Below are positions 59,243 through 64,000 of a DNA stretch of 64,000 nt, piece after piece. The notes under the pieces were generated by a model. It saw only the letters and a list, made by a program, of their open reading frames with translations, was not told the origin of the DNA and ran no database searches. Made by a program: the position numbers and the translations under genes. Position 1 is the first letter of the stretch. Each line of letters opens with the position of its first letter. The stretch is from assembly GCA_963761725.1 (NCBI GenBank), contig CAVXHP010000006.1:381534-445533 (forward strand), given 5' to 3'. The stretch comes from an uncultured Cytophagales bacterium. GTDB taxonomy: Bacteria > Bacteroidota > Bacteroidia > Cytophagales > Bernardetiaceae.

Positions 59243-61984
59243 TTATTTCTTAACTTTTGTTTCTCTCATAAACATCACATCTGCATTAGAAAATGTAATA
59301 TGTCTAAAATAACCTCCTCCAACTTTGATTAGTTTATTAAGAGAATCTTCTGCGTTTTGAGTAGAATAATTTAGAATAGAAAGAATAATATCATTTTCTG
59401 CATTCTCTTTTACTAATTCTAGTAAAGAATTTTCTACTTCAAAATCGCCATCAGTAACCAAAATTACTTTGTTGTTTCCTTTTCTTTTATAGTTTTGGTT
59501 GGCAGTTTTGTAGGCTATTTTCACTCCTTTTTCTACATTCGTTTTACCTTCCGATTCCAATTCATCTATAACTTTTAAGATTTTGTCTTTCTCATTTCCA
59601 GAAGTTGGAGATAACATTACCTTTGCTTTTCCAGAATATACCACAATAGAAACTTCGTCTTCGGCTCTCATATTGGCTACAAATAGTTTCAAAGATTTCT
59701 TTAAAAGTGGCAAACGGTCGGCTCGCTGCATCGAACCTGAAACATCTATCAAAACAACCAAATTGTTAGGAGCATATCCATCCAAATTATAAAATTTTTC
59801 ATCTACTGTTGAGTTATCCAAATAGAGTGTATCTTTTTGATAAATATAAATAGTATCTCTTAAAACAGTAGATTTTTCTTTTGATTTTTTATTCGAATCT
59901 GCATTGGATTTAGTTTTTTTCTCAGCAACTTCTATAGGTTTGCTGGTTTCTTGTGTCTTCTCAACTTTTGAGGTTATAGCTTCTTTTTCTATCACACCTC
60001 TACGAGATATAGCTATAAATGAAACGTCAGGAAGAAATCGGTAAGGTAGTTTCTCTAAAAATCCATTGTAATCGTTTATTGAATTTTCATATAGTCTGAA
60101 ATTTGAACTAAATGTATAATTAGATCTTTTATATAGACTGTAATAACTATGTTCATCGTAAAATTTATCTGACAGCCCATATATTATTTCAGATGCCGTT
60201 TGTTCTATATAGTCATAATAATAATGTGATTGCTCTATCTCTTTTCTAGGTGGTTCTCTTTTTCTGTCTATGTTAAAACCTACATATCGTTCGTATTCTT
60301 TTTTAAGAGAATCTATCCTAGGAATCTCATCATTATCTAACAGATACCTATTATGTAATTCAAGAGCTAACTTTCTCTGTTGCAACAAAAGGTCTTGCAT
60401 CTGTTTTACAGATTTATACCAATAACTCTCTTTAGAAACAACATTTTTGGCATAATAGGAATTTGTTATATCTTCTCTTAGCTTTGAGTGATGAGACAAA
60501 AGAGAGTCAGAAAGCACGAAATATCGTTCTTTCATACGCTCAAGAGAATCTGTAGTAGTACCAAACTTGTCAAAACGTTCTTTCATAGCACCTTGTGTCG
60601 TAGTACCAAACATTTCACTATAATATGCTCTTTTATGTATAGAGTATAGTTCTTCTGAAATAGAATATATATTTTCTACTTGAGGCAATAAACTTTCTTT
60701 ACAGTTTTTAGGTAGCGCATCGCTATATAGCTTTACCTTCAAATAACTTTCTTTTGGCAAAATTTTTTCAGATACCATTTTAGAGATACTTTCTATCTTG
60801 TACTTCGAATCAGGATGGTTAAGATAACCGATTGTTTCTACATTAAATCTTTTATGCCCCTGTTTTACTTCTTCTAAAAAATACATATAGGTTGAAAATG
60901 CCTCAAATTCCTTTTCAGTCCAAGACTTAGATGAAGAAGAACAATCACAGATTTGATAAGGAATATCTTTGTAATAAGAGAACTCAGCAGAAAATTTGCT
61001 ACTGCTTTTCGCTCTCTTGTAAGGTATAAAAGCTAAAGGAACAGAAGAATTATAATGACCATACTCCATTCCCATTTCTAGAAGTCGGGAGTAATCAGAA
61101 GTAAGGATATCCAAAGCAATACTCAATCTTGCTAAAGCAAAATTAGAATATTCATCGTTGTCTGTTGTTTCTATATCATCACTATTTATGATTTCTTTTT
61201 TCTCCTTTTGATGATGCTCCAAATTGCTAATCAATTTCTCCAGTATATACGAATCTGATTTGTAAGTAGAAAACTTATCCTCTCTTAGCTCCATAAGCAA
61301 TTTCTCGTTGTGTAGATAACTTTTATTTACTGCTTCGATGAACGCAGAAGTATTTGTTCGTGTGAGAAGTGGCGAGTAACTGAAATAGAAAGGCTTCAAT
61401 AGCAATTTCTCTTCTAAAATATGCTCTCTTACTAATTTATCAATGTCCTTAAATCTAGAAGTATTGACTAATTTCTGTTGTGCAATATTTTCTAGTTTAG
61501 TTTGATATTCATAAGCAAGCTCGTCGTGAATATCAAATAGTTTAAAAAGAGAATCTAAAATTGAATGATATTCATCAAAATTATCTTGTTCATGTTTTTT
61601 AGTTTTATAGTAAATCTCTAACCTCTTAACTCTTTCAGCTATCTTCTCAAAACCTAACTTTGTTTGTTCCTTTATTTTTTTCAAAGATGTAGAACTAGCT
61701 CCCAAAACACTATTTCGTATAGGAATTGAAGTGTATAATTTGTCAAACAATATTAAATCTAAGGAGGGATTGAAATAATCTATATGGTAGGTAGTATCAT
61801 TTTGTAACACACTAAAAGGCTCGCTGTCTTTGAGTTCGTAACTTAGATTCCAGACTTGAGTGTTTGTTTCAGAAAGAAATTTTACGTGTGCATCCAACTC
61901 TTTTTTTATAGTAGCCTTTTGTGCTTTCGCCGTAAAAGAAATAAGAAAAATAGCTGCGAAAATTAAAAAAATATATTTAGTCAT
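59243..61984 (-). CDS. large secreted protein with C-terminal von Willebrand factor type A (VWA) domain
   Basis: 913 aa. Signal peptide. C-terminal MIDAS-containing VWA domain (VVLIDVSGSMQRADRL...VILVTDGDFE). Confidence 0.7.
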   Translation of the reverse strand: MTKYIFLIFAAIFLISFTAKAQKATIKKELDAHVKFLSETNTQVWNLSYELKDSEPFSVLQNDTTYHIDYFNPSLDLILFDKLYTSIPIRNSVLGASSTSLKKIKEQTKLGFEKIAERVKRLEIYYKTKKHEQDNFDEYHSILDSLFKLFDIHDELAYEYQTKLENIAQQKLVNTSRFKDIDKLVREHILEEKLLLKPFYFSYSPLLTRTNTSAFIEAVNKSYLHNEKLLMELREDKFSTYKSDSYILEKLISNLEHHQKEKKEIINSDDIETTDNDEYSNFALARLSIALDILTSDYSRLLEMGMEYGHYNSSVPLAFIPYKRAKSSSKFSAEFSYYKDIPYQICDCSSSSKSWTEKEFEAFSTYMYFLEEVKQGHKRFNVETIGYLNHPDSKYKIESISKMVSEKILPKESYLKVKLYSDALPKNCKESLLPQVENIYSISEELYSIHKRAYYSEMFGTTTQGAMKERFDKFGTTTDSLERMKERYFVLSDSLLSHHSKLREDITNSYYAKNVVSKESYWYKSVKQMQDLLLQQRKLALELHNRYLLDNDEIPRIDSLKKEYERYVGFNIDRKREPPRKEIEQSHYYYDYIEQTASEIIYGLSDKFYDEHSYYSLYKRSNYTFSSNFRLYENSINDYNGFLEKLPYRFLPDVSFIAISRRGVIEKEAITSKVEKTQETSKPIEVAEKKTKSNADSNKKSKEKSTVLRDTIYIYQKDTLYLDNSTVDEKFYNLDGYAPNNLVVLIDVSGSMQRADRLPLLKKSLKLFVANMRAEDEVSIVVYSGKAKVMLSPTSGNEKDKILKVIDELESEGKTNVEKGVKIAYKTANQNYKRKGNNKVILVTDGDFEVENSLLELVKENAENDIILSILNYSTQNAEDSLNKLIKVGGGYFRHITFSNADVMFMRETKVKK

Positions 61985-62005
61985 CTTTTGATTATTGTTT
62001 AAAAA

Positions 62006-63280
62006 TTAGTTTTTCACACTAGCAAAGCAAAAACCACAAATTGCTTTTGGATAGAAATAGGTTGATTTTTGTGGCATTGTAAAACCAGATTTACAGACAT
62101 CTTTTACTTCTGTCATCGTAACGGCATTCGTAATTATGGCTACATCGACTTCTTTTCGAATTACTTTGGTTACGCAGTCTGTAAAATTTCTTTCAAATTG
62201 AATCTTTGTACTTTTGCGTTGGTCTTTTCCTTTTATTCCAATTATTTTTTCGATAATAAAATAATGAAGTACAGTAAGGTCAAGATTTTTGACAGAATCT
62301 GGAAATTTCCATTCCATAGTTTCCCACTTTTCGGGTTTTAGACGGATTTTGTAAGCATTTTCTGAAAATATAACTCCAAATGTCCATTTTTTACCCCAAA
62401 TCATTTGGTCTAAATCTGACGTATTTTCTACCTGTTTTAGTACAAAATCTTCTTCTAATCTCTTTATAAACTCTTCTTCACTTAACTTTAAATCTGTCAA
62501 TAATCTATGTGTAGGCAAAATACGAAGGTCATTTGAGCTAGAATTAGTCAGATACATCAAATGGAAATTATATAATTCATCGCCTGTATGATTTGGATTT
62601 TCTGCCTTACATTTTTGGCGATGAACCATCGAACCCTCATATCTGTGATGTCCATCTGCCAAAATAATAGTCTTGTCTTCTAACTTTTGTACAAATTTTT
62701 CTACAATCTTCGGGTCGTCTATTTTTGCAAAAACTTCTCTTACACCTTGATAATCTTCCGTTTCATAAATTGGGTTTTTAATTGCCTCATCCATATACTG
62801 CTCTAGCTCAAACTTATCATCTCCATATAAGCCATGTGTCGGACTTACATTCAATCCTGTTTTTTCTAATAATTCTATTCTATCATTTACAGCAGCAGGA
62901 ATGGTATTTTCGTGTCTTAAAATTATATTATCCTTCCAATCATACGCCTTTATTAGTGTTACAAAACCTTTTCTACAATACTCTTTCTTTTTCGAAATGC
63001 GTGTAGGAAGCATAAAGTATTGATAATAAACATAAATAGTTGGTTTTTCGTCTTGCTCAATTGTTCCGTCTTCTATCCATTTTATAAGTGTTTTTCTGGC
63101 ATCATCAGCAGGACTTTGACCCAAAGGAACAGACAAATGAATACTATTTAATGGATTTTGGTATAGTTTATCTCGCTGTTTTTGAGAAACAACATCAAAT
63201 AAAGGAGAGGTAAACTCTTGAATTTGAGGAGTTAATGAAGAATTATATCTCCAAGCACGAAAAGGACGGATTTCTGCCAT
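62006..63280 (-). CDS. DUF1015 family protein
   Basis: 424 aa. N-terminus MAEIRPFRAWRYNSSL, characteristic of DUF1015. Confidence 0.75.
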   Translation of the reverse strand: MAEIRPFRAWRYNSSLTPQIQEFTSPLFDVVSQKQRDKLYQNPLNSIHLSVPLGQSPADDARKTLIKWIEDGTIEQDEKPTIYVYYQYFMLPTRISKKKEYCRKGFVTLIKAYDWKDNIILRHENTIPAAVNDRIELLEKTGLNVSPTHGLYGDDKFELEQYMDEAIKNPIYETEDYQGVREVFAKIDDPKIVEKFVQKLEDKTIILADGHHRYEGSMVHRQKCKAENPNHTGDELYNFHLMYLTNSSSNDLRILPTHRLLTDLKLSEEEFIKRLEEDFVLKQVENTSDLDQMIWGKKWTFGVIFSENAYKIRLKPEKWETMEWKFPDSVKNLDLTVLHYFIIEKIIGIKGKDQRKSTKIQFERNFTDCVTKVIRKEVDVAIITNAVTMTEVKDVCKSGFTMPQKSTYFYPKAICGFCFASVKN

Positions 63281-63406
63281 AATTAGGGAGTGGGAATTAG
63301 ATATTAGGAAATGAGAATGAGGACATGGGACATGAGAATGAGAAGTTAGGATTATGAATTGTATTTCATCATTTCCATGTCCTAGTTCCTATTCTCCCAT
63401 TTCCTA

Positions 63407-63712
63407 TCAGACGACTTCCAAAATTGTGCGAAAAGCAACTACTTTGTTTCCAAATTTTTGAGTGTGGTCTTGTTGTAATTTGGGAGCAAATTTTTGTTGA
63501 TACTGTTCCAAATCTTCCAACGAATTACAAAAATACTGAAAAGCATATGTTGTTCCTTCTTCGTCTGGAAGTGTAGATAAGAGTTTCAATATTTTGTTTT
63601 CTACAAACATTCCTGTATTCATAACATCTGGAATATGTACTTCTTTCATCCATTTTATCCAATCTTTGTGAATGGCATCTTCTACATTTACGGTAACATT
63701 ATATAAAATCAT
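63407..63712 (-). CDS. DUF4286-family small protein
   Basis: 101 aa beginning MILYNVTVNVEDAIHKDWIKWMKEVHIPDV, typical of the Bacteroidetes DUF4286 family. Confidence 0.55.
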   Translation of the reverse strand: MILYNVTVNVEDAIHKDWIKWMKEVHIPDVMNTGMFVENKILKLLSTLPDEEGTTYAFQYFCNSLEDLEQYQQKFAPKLQQDHTQKFGNKVVAFRTILEVV

Positions 63713-64000
63713 TTCAGAGAATTAGTTTGTTTTTGTGTCTTATTTTTATGCACTATTTCTATATCCTAATGGTGTATTTCTGAAAAATTCAGAATAACCT
63801 ACTAAAAAGCAAAGGTACTAATTTCTTAACTTATTTGTTAGATAAAAGCTATATGCTTTTACTTTGCATCTCAAAATAATTTCATAAAAAATATCCCTTT
63901 ATTTCTATAAAAAGAAACAAAAGGATATTTACTAATTTCATTTTCATCTACAATTATTTATTTTTCTATTTTAATAATTACTTCATTTTGGTTTAATTGT

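Noticed and set aside
1-64000. rRNA genes, CRISPR arrays, integrases/transposases of classical IS families, prophage structural genes
   Set aside because: None recognisable by eye in any frame. The only mobile-like features are non-coding miniature repeats and the Rpn-family gene.

Overview
Low-GC, Bacteroidetes-type chromosomal segment (Cytophagia/Flexibacter-like, judging by gldC, a TamL-like lipoprotein Omp85, GLPGLI and DUF4286 proteins, and the tRNA-Tyr/Gly/Thr-tuf cluster). Most of it is housekeeping: purL, tuf, recA, uvrC, hflX, secG, tsaE, ald, apbE, a nupC-family transporter, a histidine kinase, and Lrp and TetR regulators. Between these sit accessory or repetitive features. (1) An orphan 699-aa gene (2348..4447, minus) fuses an HNH-like Cys-rich N-terminal domain to an AAA_21-type P-loop ATPase, between capA and an isolated gldC; it is a candidate single-gene defence/abortive-infection protein. 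(2) A MazF/PemK-like toxin with an upstream small ORF sits in a 660-bp segment bracketed by ~78-bp direct repeats. (3) At least four families of short palindromic/MITE-like intergenic repeats occur; one ~235-bp family has three copies, including one directly after tuf where tRNA-Trp/secE/nusG would be expected. (4) Tandem ~130-bp repeats lie upstream of recA. (5) A lipoprotein carries three near-identical 249-bp tandem PKD repeats. (6) An (AGTTATT)n microsatellite follows ald. At least 11 genes (gldC, two TonB-dependent receptors, DUF808, namZ, an M28 peptidase, uvrC, an EEP nuclease, GLPGLI, mazF-like) are split by single-base frameshifts, most at homopolymer runs. This points to systematic indel errors in the assembly rather than widespread pseudogenisation. 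No rRNA or CRISPR array was found.
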